Made by a program: the position numbers and the translations under genes. A stretch of DNA of 64,000 nucleotides from Ostreococcus lucimarinus (Eukaryota). Shown here piece by piece: positions 1 to 10,838 of this stretch (position 1 is its first letter; each line of letters starts with the position of its first letter). The stretch lies in the NCBI GenBank assembly GCA_000092065.1, contig CP000600.1; one strand, 5' to 3'. Below the pieces are notes generated by a model. It was not told the origin of the DNA. It saw nothing but the letters and a program-made list of their open reading frames with translations, and ran no database searches.

Positions 1-91
1 TCAACGCATGAAACCGGACAAACGGAGAACAGCCGAACCGCGGACGCGATCGCCCCGATCGCGCGCCGCGCCGTCTCTTTGCGCCTCTTAA

Positions 92-1125
<1,034 letters not shown>

Positions 1126-1334
1126 ACGGACGGCGCCTTCGGTGGCTCGTATTCCATTTGTCATATCATCGAGAGCTAGTCTCGTGAACGCTCGAACGCG
1201 TCCTCGATCGTCGTCTCGCCCTCGCCCGCACGCACATTCGCCGCGAGCGATCAATCGCGCTACCGCTGCGCGGCCCAGCCGCGCGACCCCTCGCGACTTT
1301 TCCGTCTGTCCGCCGCACTCGCCGACGCGTCGCG

Positions 1335-1700
1335 ATGCGCCGTCGCGTCGGCGTCGATCCCCCCGTCCCCGTTCTCATGGCTCGCGCCCTCGCCGATCGC
1401 GCCCTCGGTGCCGTGCGCGTGACGTGTTCCGTGCGCGGTCTCGACGCCGTCGCGCGCGCTCACGGTAGCGCGCTCGCGTCGTGCGACGTCGTCGATCGAG
1501 ATTTGCCGCGCCCGGTGCGATGCGCCGACGACGACGAATCACGCGCGGCGACGTCGCGCGCGGACGCGGTGGCGCGTGAGCGCGCGGTGGTGAGCGCGAG
1601 CGACGCGCCGCTGTACGCGCGGAGAAAGTGGAAGGCACCGATGCGGCTCGACGTCGAGGTGGGCGCGAGTCTGGGCGACATCGAAAGCGCGAGCGCGTGA
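1335..1700 (+). CDS. hypothetical small protein (121 aa), ATG verified
   Basis: ATG at 1335 followed by an open frame to 1700; Arg/Ala-rich; no recognisable domain. Sits between RPS8 and a convergent minus-strand gene, followed by an AT-rich spacer 1701-1778. Could be a GC-artefact ORF. Confidence 0.2.
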   Translation: MRRRVGVDPPVPVLMARALADRALGAVRVTCSVRGLDAVARAHGSALASCDVVDRDLPRPVRCADDDESRAATSRADAVARERAVVSASDAPLYARRKWKAPMRLDVEVGASLGDIESASA

Positions 1701-1778
1701 GTCAGAGTAGTCAAAAGGACATACAGTAGCTTCGTTCGTATTAATAGGACGAAATAGTTAGTGCATCACGATGCCAAA

Positions 1779-4013
1779 TTATGCGCCGCAGTCGACGGCG
1801 CGCAAGGATGCGGACATCTCGGCCGCCAAATCAAACTTGAATCCGCCCAATCCGTATCCTTCGGCGGCGAAATTGGAGGCGATGTACATGAAGCTTCGCA
1901 CGTTCCATTTCGCCGAGCCGTCGTACGCCATGGAATCGCTCGTCTGAAGATCAGTCGCGACTCGAATATGACTGACGTATCCAGCTGCGATGACTTCAGC
2001 GTTCACGGCGTTGTCGTCTCCGAGGGTGATGGCGACGCGAATCATCTTGAAATACACGTGCTCGACAACAATGAAGAGCCAATCTTTTCTCGTCTTGGAC
2101 GGGCCTGAGTACCCGGAAACGGTGTCCTTTAGGGCGAACGCCTTTCCAAACATGCAGTTGGAAGAGTGGATCGATCTACCGCACATGACACCGTTCTTCA
2201 AGATGAGGCGGCGCACATCCATATCTTCGCCCCATGCGCCCGGGGCAAGAATCATTTGCGGAGACGTCAAAAAGTTTGGCTCGAACAAGACGTTGTGACC
2301 TGTCGGTGGAGCATCGCCGAGAGACAGTTTCGTGTATTCCATGCGAGTGAGTGACGCGGTAAACGCGGTCGTCTCCACGCCTTGCTCGTAGAAAGACGGA
2401 ATGTCGTACCTGGCTGTGTTGCAGTATTGTCGTCCGCAGCCGGTGCCGCTGATTTGCCCAACGTTAGAAGTACCGTATTCGTAACCGGCGCCGGATCGCA
2501 GCGTGTAACGGCGCTTGCCAGAGATCCAAGCCGAAGCCCGTCCGCTCGCGGGATCACGACGAATGGTTATCTGGACCATTTTTATGTAAGCGCGGTAGTA
2601 ATCGCTCGCGGCGATGATCCATTTTTGTTCACTTTTTGAACCGGCATCTTGGCGGAATGTTTCCGCTCGTCCACTCGGATTCATGACCGTCTCACTCGTA
2701 GAATATAATAAGGCGGAAGCCATATTGATGAGACGTGCGTCGTCCACCAAACCAAGATCCATGGGATCGGCCTCAGACGTTCCAGGTTCACCCGTGAACG
2801 GCTGTCGACAGTAGGCTTCGTCCACGTAGTCCTCGGGACACACGCTATCGCAGTCGCCAAAGACGGCTCCGATCGTTGATTGACCCCGATTGAGCGTCAC
2901 GACGCGATTGAAGAACTCCCCATACCGCTGAACGCAACTCTCTCGGCGCAGGGTGGTGCTTGCGCCGATGTCTTTGTAAGAATTCCCCGCGGCGTTCTCA
3001 AGTTCAAAGCCGTATTCGAAATCCACATGCGATGTTGTCACTTCGTATCCGTAGAGTCCGTCCGAAAGTTCCTTGCGTTCCATCTTAATGCGGTTTTTTT
3101 TGGTGAAGAATTTATCTGACTCGAAATTGTGCCTGACGATGTACGCCGCCTTGGGCGCGGAAAACCAGAATTCTCCGCCGGCGACTTTCACTTCCCGTGT
3201 CTTGCACTGCGTATATAATTTGAAAGTGATCGGGTCACGATCAGGAGCTCTCTCGTGCGCGTTTGGGAGAGGCGCCAGAAACGTGTGTCTGCCGTTTACG
3301 ACGTGCCCACGCCAAACATCTTGCTCGCCCAAAGCCGCCGCCGACGCCATCATCGCTCGCTCGACATCCGAGTATCCACGCGGAAACAGTTTCGCACCGA
3401 GTCGAGACGTCGAATTCGTCGAATTCGTCGATGCCTGCGTCGTATCGAGTTCATTTCCTACGACTTCATGTCCTTGAATCTCCTCGTCCGTTCGTTCGCC
3501 GGTTGCCTGGTAGTCGCTTGAGCACTCCGCCTTCAACTTTGCGTTGATCTTCGTCGTCCAGAGTTCGTCGTCCATCGTCGCGTGCGTCGCGTCTTCGCCG
3601 ACATTCGTCGCGCACAGCACCTTTCGTCGCTCGTTAAAATCAACCTTTCCGAAGCAATCGCACTTTGCGAAGCAATCGCTCGCCGAGACCGAGTTCACCG
3701 TCTCGCACGTCCCCGTGCCGTTCGCGAGCCTCGCAACCGCCTCGCGCGTCGGTCCCGCTTCGCACGCCGCCAGGCACGGCACGTCCGCCAGTTGCGACAG
3801 CTGACCCCCTGACACTTCGCCCAGTCGCGCGCGCGCGTCGCCGACGCCTCGCGACGCCATCATCGCGCACGCGACGCCGAAAACGCCGAGCGCACCGCTC
3901 AGAATCGCGCCGAGTCGGCGTCCCGTCGCGCCGTGCGCCGCCGTCGCGCGCGCCGGAGGCGCGCGCAGCAGCGGTGTGCTTTCGCACTCGGGCGCCATGC
4001 CCTCGAGCGCCAT
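1779..4013 (-). CDS. hypothetical type II membrane (signal-anchor) protein with a large cysteine-containing lumenal/extracellular domain
   Basis: Long ORF 1779-4139. The track start is GTG; the first ATG codons are at 4013 and 3998 (MALEGMAPECE...). A hydrophobic anchor LGAILSGALGVFGVACAMM follows a short basic N-terminus, then a ~700-aa domain with no family I can name. Confidence 0.45.
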   Translation of the reverse strand: MALEGMAPECESTPLLRAPPARATAAHGATGRRLGAILSGALGVFGVACAMMASRGVGDARARLGEVSGGQLSQLADVPCLAACEAGPTREAVARLANGTGTCETVNSVSASDCFAKCDCFGKVDFNERRKVLCATNVGEDATHATMDDELWTTKINAKLKAECSSDYQATGERTDEEIQGHEVVGNELDTTQASTNSTNSTSRLGAKLFPRGYSDVERAMMASAAALGEQDVWRGHVVNGRHTFLAPLPNAHERAPDRDPITFKLYTQCKTREVKVAGGEFWFSAPKAAYIVRHNFESDKFFTKKNRIKMERKELSDGLYGYEVTTSHVDFEYGFELENAAGNSYKDIGASTTLRRESCVQRYGEFFNRVVTLNRGQSTIGAVFGDCDSVCPEDYVDEAYCRQPFTGEPGTSEADPMDLGLVDDARLINMASALLYSTSETVMNPSGRAETFRQDAGSKSEQKWIIAASDYYRAYIKMVQITIRRDPASGRASAWISGKRRYTLRSGAGYEYGTSNVGQISGTGCGRQYCNTARYDIPSFYEQGVETTAFTASLTRMEYTKLSLGDAPPTGHNVLFEPNFLTSPQMILAPGAWGEDMDVRRLILKNGVMCGRSIHSSNCMFGKAFALKDTVSGYSGPSKTRKDWLFIVVEHVYFKMIRVAITLGDDNAVNAEVIAAGYVSHIRVATDLQTSDSMAYDGSAKWNVRSFMYIASNFAAEGYGLGGFKFDLAAEMSASLRAVDCGA

Positions 4014-4165
4014 GCCCGCCGCGCGCGCCGCGCGCGCCGCGAGTCGGCGAGTCGGCGAGCGCGAGAGTGAAAGCAGGATGTTGGCGACGCGAGTGCGGGA
4101 CTGTTGGCGCACGCACTCGGTAGTTTGGTTCTGTTTCACGTACGCGTGCGTCGATTTCCCGAAGG

Positions 4166-5581
4166 CTAGTAGCTAAGATTTTTCAGGGTCGTGACAAACT
4201 TGGGAAACTTTTCGAACAGGGCGACGGAACAGTGCTCGCGGTCTGTGACAGAGGTGGAGACTCGATCGAAGGCGGAGGCGCCGGAGAGCGACTTGCATTT
4301 TCCCAAGGCTTCCGCCACCGCGCGGCGGTTGAGAATGCCGTTTTCGTACATCCCGAAGAGCGTGAGCACGAACATTTTGAAGAACTCGTCGCTAACTTTC
4401 AGTTTATCGCCATGCACGCGCACGAACGCTTCGCATAGCGAGGGGGCTTCGTAATCCGCGACGCAGCGAAATTTCATCGCGACGTCGTTCCAAGCCTCCA
4501 TGAATGACAGTTCCTCGGTGCTAAAATCCACGAACTCTTCCATGAAGCGTTTGCTTTCCATGATTTCTACGGGAATCAAGTTCTCATCGTCAGAATCTTG
4601 CTCTGGAATCTCTGACATCTCGACGAATGACCTCGAATTGTAAAACGGTCCAAGTGGTTTCTTTGGCGGTTTTGGTTTTGGTTTCGTCGCGGCGGCGCTC
4701 GCCGCCCCATTCGCGTTCTTCTTGCATACCATCGGCTTGAAAGGTAACGCCGCGATTCTTCTCCGTTCTTCTTCTTGCGCGCGTTTGCGCTTCTCTAATT
4801 TTACACGATCGTAGTGATCATCATTCGGCACCGCGCGCCAAACCACCCGCGGCGGCGGCGCCGCTCGCACGTCTCGCTCGTACAACGCGTCGAGCTCCGC
4901 CTTGGTCACTCTCTCTCTAAATACCTCCCTCTTCGACCGTTTCCCTCGATAAAACGAAAACTCCTTATCATTTGCCGTCTGAATATCCGTCTGCGACCGC
5001 AACACGAAGCTCCTATCCGCGGTAAAATTCTCCCCCTTTGGATAAATTCGCACGATGGCTCGCCGTCCCTCCCGTCTCGCGCTGTACCTAAACAAATCAT
5101 GCGACGCCCTCAGGTGCGTCATCAACCCCCGCAAGCCGACGCACACGCATTTACACATATTACACCCGTATCCTCGCACTCTGACTCTCGTCGTGCATCG
5201 ATCGTACTCGTACGTCGTCTCGTATTTTTCCGCGAGTTCGCGTTCGCGCGCCGCCGCGCCGCGCGCCCGCGCGCTTCCTCGCTCATCCCTCGACCCCGCG
5301 CTCGCGCGTTCGACGTGATAACTCAGATTCCGTCGCAAGAACACCTGCCTCGGCGACCGTCGATCGCGAAACTCGCCGTAGACGCTGATCGCGCCCGTGT
5401 ACGTCGCGAAACGCGCGTCCGGCTCGCTCTCCGAGTCCCCGAAACAATCGCTCTCCACGGGCGAGCTCACGGGGTATTCGTCCACGTCGTCCGCGCCCGC
5501 GCTCGCCGACTTGTAGTCCGGTCGCAGCGCGCGACCGTCGAACGTTTTCGACGTCGACGGCGTGTACGCGCTCGGCGCCAT
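4166..5581 (-). CDS. Polycomb PRC2 subunit Su(z)12/EMF2-like (C2H2 zinc finger + VEFS-box)
   Basis: C2H2-like finger YGCNMCKCVCVGLRGLMTHLRASHDLFRY. C-terminal VEFS-box pattern SDDE..FVDFSTEELSFMEAWNDV..CEAF..HG..L...F....L.......R. The track start 5608 is TTG; the first ATG is at 5581. Upstream exons are possible because the protein is short for Su(z)12. Confidence 0.6.
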   Translation of the reverse strand: MAPSAYTPSTSKTFDGRALRPDYKSASAGADDVDEYPVSSPVESDCFGDSESEPDARFATYTGAISVYGEFRDRRSPRQVFLRRNLSYHVERASAGSRDERGSARARGAAARERELAEKYETTYEYDRCTTRVRVRGYGCNMCKCVCVGLRGLMTHLRASHDLFRYSARREGRRAIVRIYPKGENFTADRSFVLRSQTDIQTANDKEFSFYRGKRSKREVFRERVTKAELDALYERDVRAAPPPRVVWRAVPNDDHYDRVKLEKRKRAQEEERRRIAALPFKPMVCKKNANGAASAAATKPKPKPPKKPLGPFYNSRSFVEMSEIPEQDSDDENLIPVEIMESKRFMEEFVDFSTEELSFMEAWNDVAMKFRCVADYEAPSLCEAFVRVHGDKLKVSDEFFKMFVLTLFGMYENGILNRRAVAEALGKCKSLSGASAFDRVSTSVTDREHCSVALFEKFPKFVTTLKNLSY

Positions 5582-5767
5582 GATTGATTTGAAGTTGGCG
5601 TCAAACAATGCGGCACTTCATCGCGCTCGCCCGCGTCGCGCGCGTCGTTTTTCGTCCGCGCGCGCGTCGCGCGACCGCATCGAGGCGTTCACGAGGCGCG
5701 CGACCGATCGCGCGCGCCGCGAAGCGCGTCTGCGAAGCGCGAGAGAACGAGAAGCGCGATTAGTTTG

Positions 5768-6763
5768 ATGGATTGGCGTCGAGCCGACGGTTTCGAAACG
5801 ACGCGGCGTCGCGGCGACGGCGCGACGCGCGCGGCGCCGGCGACGACGTCGCCGGAGACGATGCGATTGGTGTACGCGGACGTCGGCCCGCTGAGCGCGC
5901 GGACGTCGGCGGCGCACGTGAGAGAAATATTCAACGCGGCGAGCGCGACGGTGACGAGCGAGGCGCGCGCGACGAACGGAAGCGCGAGGGAAGGGCGAGC
6001 GCGCGCGTCGAACGCGACGCGAACGTACTTCGCGAGGGTTGGATTCGCGAGCGAGGGCGAACGGGAGCGGGCGATGGCGCGGATGGATGGTGGGGAGATC
6101 GACGGACGAACGGTGCGGCGCGGCGGCGGCGGCGGCGAGCGGTTCGGGAAGGACGCGATGAGCGACGGGGGGCGAAGACGCGAGGAACACGATCGCGCGC
6201 GACCGCGAAACGACGGGCTCGGTGGGCGACGGGACGATCGCGATCGCGACGGTGGCGTGGAGTCGCGTTTCGGCGGCGGCGAGCGTTCGCGAAGGTCTCG
6301 CTCGCGGTCTCCGCCGCGCGGCGATCGCTTCGCGCGCGCGTCGAGACGCGATGAAACCACCGGGCATCGCGACCGTGGCAGATTCAGCGGTGGTTCGCGC
6401 GCGAACGCCGGGCGTGGACGCCGGTCGCCCGCGCCGCCTCGTCGAAGGTCGCGATCGAGGTCGCCGTCTCGTCGCCGCGACGAACGACCGCGCAGTCCCG
6501 GCGCCGGTCGCGATCGAAAACGCCACCGCCGACGATCGAGATCCTCGTCGAGATCTTTAGACGACGATCGTCGCCACCGCGACGCGCGCGATGGGCGCGA
6601 CGGTGGTCGAAGGCGTCGCCGAGACGGTCGAAGACGCCGCGACCGTTCGCTTTCCAGCTCGCTCGAAAGCCGCAGCGACTCGTCCTCGCCGGACGCATCG
6701 CCTAGACGTCACCGCCGCGACGGCGGCGGTCGCTCGCGCCACCGCGCGTCACCTATGCGTTAA
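5768..6763 (+). CDS. SR-like splicing factor (degenerate RRM + RS domain)
   Basis: ATG at 5768 (track start 5765 is TTG). N-terminal RRM-like segment (RLVYADVGPL...RTYFARVGFASEGERERAMARMDGGEIDGRTVR) followed by Arg/Ser dipeptide runs RSRSRSPPRG...RRRSRSRSPSRRRD...HRRRSRSSSRS. The antisense ORF 5618-6526 is likely a GC/RS-repeat artefact. Confidence 0.45.
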   Translation: MDWRRADGFETTRRRGDGATRAAPATTSPETMRLVYADVGPLSARTSAAHVREIFNAASATVTSEARATNGSAREGRARASNATRTYFARVGFASEGERERAMARMDGGEIDGRTVRRGGGGGERFGKDAMSDGGRRREEHDRARPRNDGLGGRRDDRDRDGGVESRFGGGERSRRSRSRSPPRGDRFARASRRDETTGHRDRGRFSGGSRANAGRGRRSPAPPRRRSRSRSPSRRRDERPRSPGAGRDRKRHRRRSRSSSRSLDDDRRHRDARDGRDGGRRRRRDGRRRRDRSLSSSLESRSDSSSPDASPRRHRRDGGGRSRHRASPMR

Positions 6764-6939
6764 TAGCACACGTTTCTTTCAGCGCGCGCGCGTCGACCGA
6801 ACCGTCGCGACGACGTCCCGTCTCGTCGACTCGCGCGCGCGCGCGAAAACCAACAGACGCAAACCGTCGTCACACCCAGTCGCGCGCGTCGACGGCGCGC
6901 TCGTCGCCGCCGCTCGATCGCGAACGCGCAGCGCGCGCG

Positions 6940-7959
6940 ATGCCACCCGTGGACGCCAGAGACGACGTCGTCGAAGCCGCCGCCGGCACGCTCGGCGCGT
7001 TATTAGCGCTCGTGACCACGTACCCACTCATCACCCTGAACACGCGACAACACGTCACGCGACGCCGCGAACGCGACGGCGACGACGGCGACGACGCGCC
7101 GAGCACGTCCTCGCTTTCGTCCATGTACGACGGCATCGAACCCGCGCTGGTCGGGACGGCGTGCAGCCAAGCGGTGTACAACTACTGGTACTCGCGCGCG
7201 AACGGGACGTATCGAGCGAGACGCGGAAGGGACGCCACGGGGGCGGCGAGCTTGGCGATCGCGTCGTTCGCGGGATGCGTGAACGTGCTGATGACGCTGC
7301 CGATATGGACGATCGTGACGAAGATGCAAGCGGACGTGCGAAGGCGAGAGAACGATCGGGATGACGGGGAGGAGGCGGCGTCGGTCGAGCGGGACGTCGA
7401 CGCGGAGACGGCGGCGGCGAAGCTACGATCGGCGACGAGTGAAGGAGGGAAGAAAAACGGAGATCAAAACGGGAGCGGGAAGAAGAAACGTTCGTTCTTC
7501 GACATCGCGCGCGAGGTGGTACGGGATGGTGGCGTGTGCGGATTATGGCAAGGGTTGACCCCGTCGCTCGTCATGGTGGCGAATCCCGCGTTGCAGTACG
7601 CGTTTTACGAAACCGTCGCCAAGTGGAGGCTCAAACGCGATCGTAAAACGACGTTAAGCGCGCCTGAAATTTTTGTATTCGGCGCGTGCGCCAAATTTGG
7701 CGCCACGATGTTAACCTACCCCTTGATGGTCGTCAAATCTCGTCTCCAAGTCGTCTCCAAAGACATGGCGGACGACCGCATGCGCTACCGCGGCACAGCG
7801 CACGCCGTCCGATGCATGGCAGCCGAGGAAGGTTTGGGCGTTTTTTACAAGGGCATCGAAACCAAGCTGACACAGACCATCCTAGCCGCCGCGTTGATGT
7901 TCACCGTGAAGGAGAAGCTCGCCGAGAGCGTCTACGCCGCGCGTCGCGTCCTCGTCTAG
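6940..7959 (+). CDS. mitochondrial/peroxisomal solute carrier family (SLC25) protein
   Basis: ATG verified at 6940. Three carrier repeats with signature-like TYPLITLNTRQH and LTYPLMVVKSRLQ; six predicted TM segments; basic loop with KKKRSFFDIAREVVRDGGVCGLWQGL. Confidence 0.8.
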   Translation: MPPVDARDDVVEAAAGTLGALLALVTTYPLITLNTRQHVTRRRERDGDDGDDAPSTSSLSSMYDGIEPALVGTACSQAVYNYWYSRANGTYRARRGRDATGAASLAIASFAGCVNVLMTLPIWTIVTKMQADVRRRENDRDDGEEAASVERDVDAETAAAKLRSATSEGGKKNGDQNGSGKKKRSFFDIAREVVRDGGVCGLWQGLTPSLVMVANPALQYAFYETVAKWRLKRDRKTTLSAPEIFVFGACAKFGATMLTYPLMVVKSRLQVVSKDMADDRMRYRGTAHAVRCMAAEEGLGVFYKGIETKLTQTILAAALMFTVKEKLAESVYAARRVLV

Positions 7960-8045
7960 CTGATCTTCATCAGTGCGCTGTAATATTACAAGAAAGACAT
8001 GAATGAATGAAAGAAATGAATGCACGTTTGCCCTCGTCATCGTCG

Positions 8046-8813
8046 CTAAAACCATTCCTGAAAGTCTATCGGAGCGTCGCACGCCGGGCACGTGTCGTCT
8101 CGCGACTGCACCGCCAAGTACTCTTGCCACTCCAAAATGCACGCCAAGTGGAAGTGGTGTCCACATCGAAGCGTTATCTTCGGATTCTCGGCCTCGTATT
8201 CCTCGAAACACGTCGGACAGGAGTTATCGTAATCTTCCGTCTCACTCCTGTGCGACTTTCTCGGCTCGCGCTCGCTCGATTTAATCCGCGCGAACTCGCG
8301 CTTAATCTCCGTCAAGTTGACCCCTCGCACGTCCGCCGTACTGAGACTCACGCTCGCCGCGCGTCGATGACCGATCGCGTCCTCATCCCTCGACATCATT
8401 TTTTCACCGTCACCGCTCGCCAATTCTCTCGCCGATCCACCGTTCGCGTCCTCCGCGCTCCCCTTGGCTCGCTCGACTTTCGCCTCGCGTCCCCGTCCCG
8501 TGCCGTCTCCCTCTCTTCGCATCATCCTCGACGCCCTCGGCGGCGCGCTCGTCGATCGCGCGTGTCCGTACGCCATCAGCGCATCGTCCGCGAGCGCGCC
8601 GTCGCTCCGTTTCGCGTGTTCACGCAGCAAATACGAGGAATCGAGCGCGCAGAGTTCGGCGCTTTCGGTCGTCGTCGTCGTCGTCGCGCTCGCGTCGTCG
8701 GCGCGCGCGTAGCCGCGCTCGGCGCGTCGGTCGAGCGCGTCGTCGTCGTCGTCGTCGTCGTAGCGCGTTCGCGCGCGAGGCGCGACGACGTCGTCGTCGC
8801 CGCAGCACCACAT
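8046..8813 (-). CDS. RING-H2 zinc-finger protein (probable E3 ubiquitin ligase)
   Basis: ATG verified at 8813. C-terminal RING-H2: CPTCFEEY...RCGHHFHLACILEW...CPAC. The acidic/poly-Asp N-terminal region is encoded by (GTC)n runs. Confidence 0.7.
   Translation of the reverse strand: MWCCGDDDVVAPRARTRYDDDDDDDALDRRAERGYARADDASATTTTTTESAELCALDSSYLLREHAKRSDGALADDALMAYGHARSTSAPPRASRMMRREGDGTGRGREAKVERAKGSAEDANGGSARELASGDGEKMMSRDEDAIGHRRAASVSLSTADVRGVNLTEIKREFARIKSSEREPRKSHRSETEDYDNSCPTCFEEYEAENPKITLRCGHHFHLACILEWQEYLAVQSRDDTCPACDAPIDFQEWF
8665..8760. repeat. (GTC)n trinucleotide runs within RING gene coding region
   Basis: tcgtcgtcgtcgtcgtcg at 8677-8697 and 8744-8760 on the plus strand; these encode poly-Thr/poly-Asp in the minus-strand protein. 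Confidence 0.8.
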
Positions 8814-8948
8814 CGCCGACGGAATGTGACGCGTCGACCGGAGAAGACGCCTCGAAATCGAGCGCGAGAGAAGAGACGCGCGTCGGTCGAGGAGCGATGA
8901 CGCGCGCGACGTCGAGACGGTGCGATCGATGCGATGCGTTCAGTGAGA

Positions 8949-10220
8949 TCACAATGGGGCGAAGAACAAGTCCGGGGACAGGAACGCGCGCTGGGCGACG
9001 ACGCCGAGGGCGAGCAGGACGCCGTGGACGACGTGATAGCGCACGGCTAAATACTTGGTGTAGAACAGGTCTTCGATCGCGCCGGCGTCGGCGCGGTCTT
9101 GAGCGAAATCGACGATGTGCCGAGCGAGGGGGTAGGTGATGATTAAGCCGAAGACGGCGGTGTAGGGAAGCCAACCGGCGGCGGCGAGGGTGGCGATGGT
9201 GGCGTAGTGCGCGCCGATGAGGTTGTCGGCGACGAGGAGGGCTCCGGGTAAACCGAGGCGAACGACGGGACTGAGCTTGCCCGCCGCGCGATCGCCTTGC
9301 TCTTGATGGAAGTGTGAGGTGAACAGAATGAACGCCGTCGTGCATCCGAGCAAGATGGCGACGCTGGCCACGATGGCTGGGACGGTGACCGCCGCGCCGC
9401 CGGCGGCTTTTCCCGCCATGGCGATGTAAAACGCGACCGTCGCCAAAGGCCCGAACGCGGTGAAACAAAGCGGCTCGCCTAATCCTTTATACGATAACCT
9501 GAACGGCGGTCCTTGGTACGCGTATCCGAGCGCCACCGCCGCGACGAGCGCGCGCCACGACGTCGGATTCCCGCTCGCCTCGCACGCGCTCCACAACGCC
9601 GCGGCGCCGCCGACGAGACACCCGATCGCGATCGCGTGCACCGCGCGCACATTTCCATCCATCAATCGCACGATCGATTCCGGTTTCCTCGCGTCGACGT
9701 TCGTCTCCGAATCGAACGCGTCGTTTGACAAATTCAACCACGCGACGGTCGCCGTCGCCCCCGCGGCGAGCGTCCCCGCGTGCCTCCAATCCACGAATCC
9801 AAACTGACAATACGTCAACGCCGCCGCGCACAACAGCGGTATCCACGCCACGGCGTACATCGGCAGCTTCACCGCGCGCCACCACAACTCCAACCCGCGA
9901 TTCGCCGCCGCCTTCGTCGCCGCGCGTCTCGCCCGCGCCGCCTCCTCGTCGAAGCTCTCTCCCGCGCCCAGCGCGCCCGCGCGCGACGTCCGCGTCGCGA
10001 TTTCTTTCCCTCCCTCTCCCCTCGCGCGCCCGTTTTCCCTCGCGCGTCGCGCGCGCGCCTGGAATTCCCATCGCTCGCCGCCGCCGCCGATTCTCGTCGC
10101 GCGCCGTTCGACGTCCCGCGTCGTCGCGCGCCCGCGTCGCGATCGATCGGCGCGGACGCGGTCGACGCGCGCCGCGCATCGCGCCGCGCTCGCGCGTCGC
10201 GTCGCGCTCGCGATCCGCAT
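8949..10220 (-). CDS. menA: UbiA-family prenyltransferase, 1,4-dihydroxy-2-naphthoate phytyltransferase-like (MenA/ABC4, phylloquinone pathway)
   Basis: Multi-TM protein with LWWRAVKLPMY start of the UbiA fold and the Asp-rich motif NLSNDAFDSETNVD characteristic of MenA. The N-terminus MRIASATRRASAARCAARVDRVRAD looks like a plastid transit peptide. An ATG at 10220 was chosen; an upstream ATG at 10367 is also in frame. Confidence 0.65.
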   Translation of the reverse strand: MRIASATRRASAARCAARVDRVRADRSRRGRATTRDVERRATRIGGGGERWEFQARARRARENGRARGEGGKEIATRTSRAGALGAGESFDEEAARARRAATKAAANRGLELWWRAVKLPMYAVAWIPLLCAAALTYCQFGFVDWRHAGTLAAGATATVAWLNLSNDAFDSETNVDARKPESIVRLMDGNVRAVHAIAIGCLVGGAAALWSACEASGNPTSWRALVAAVALGYAYQGPPFRLSYKGLGEPLCFTAFGPLATVAFYIAMAGKAAGGAAVTVPAIVASVAILLGCTTAFILFTSHFHQEQGDRAAGKLSPVVRLGLPGALLVADNLIGAHYATIATLAAAGWLPYTAVFGLIITYPLARHIVDFAQDRADAGAIEDLFYTKYLAVRYHVVHGVLLALGVVAQRAFLSPDLFFAPL

Positions 10221-10779
10221 CGCGTCGACGTGTCGCGGCGACGACGCGGCCGACGATTCGATCGGTCGGTCCCCTGGATATCGTCTATTTGACGTCTCAC
10301 TGAAACACCATACGAAAATATTCGGACATCCGGTACTATCCAGAAAAGTCGCGCGAAACGTGCGCATCGTGCGATGCGTGAAGCCGATCTATATAGAGCG
10401 CGCGCGCGATAAATCGTCGACGCGCCGCGGCGCTTCCGAAGCGCCGCGGCGTCGCCGGCGCGAGTCGGCGTCGCGCGACGCGCGCGCGCGCGAGCGCCGA
10501 CGGCGCGTCGCGAACGCCGCGTCGCGTCGATGTCGCGCGCGTCGCGCGTCGCGCGCGTCGCGATGCGCGACGTCGCGCGCGCGATGACGGGACGCGACGT
10601 CGCGTCGACGGGACGCGCGCGCGGCGCGACGACGACGGCGGCGACGGCGCGGGCGGCGCGCGACGCGATCGGGGGGACGGGGCGGTGCGCGAGCGCGGGC
10701 GCGACGGTGGCGCGGACGCGCGCGCGCGAGCGGGCGGGGACGGGATGGCGGGCGTTCGAGCGCGCGAGGGGGACGACGA

Positions 10780-10822
10780 GCGCGAGCGCGAGCGCGAGCG
10801 CGAGCGCGAGCGCGAGCGCGGC
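10780..10822. repeat. (GCGAGC)7 hexanucleotide microsatellite
   Basis: gcgagcgcgagcgcgagcgcgagcgcgagcgcgagcgcg read directly; lies just upstream of the ATG at 10839. Confidence 0.9.
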
Positions 10823-10838
10823 GACGGCGACGGACGCG

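Noticed and set aside
5618-6526. 302-aa minus ORF overlapping the SR-like gene
   Set aside because: It is the reverse complement of RS-repeat codons; the plus strand carries the RRM-like segment and a proper ATG (5768).
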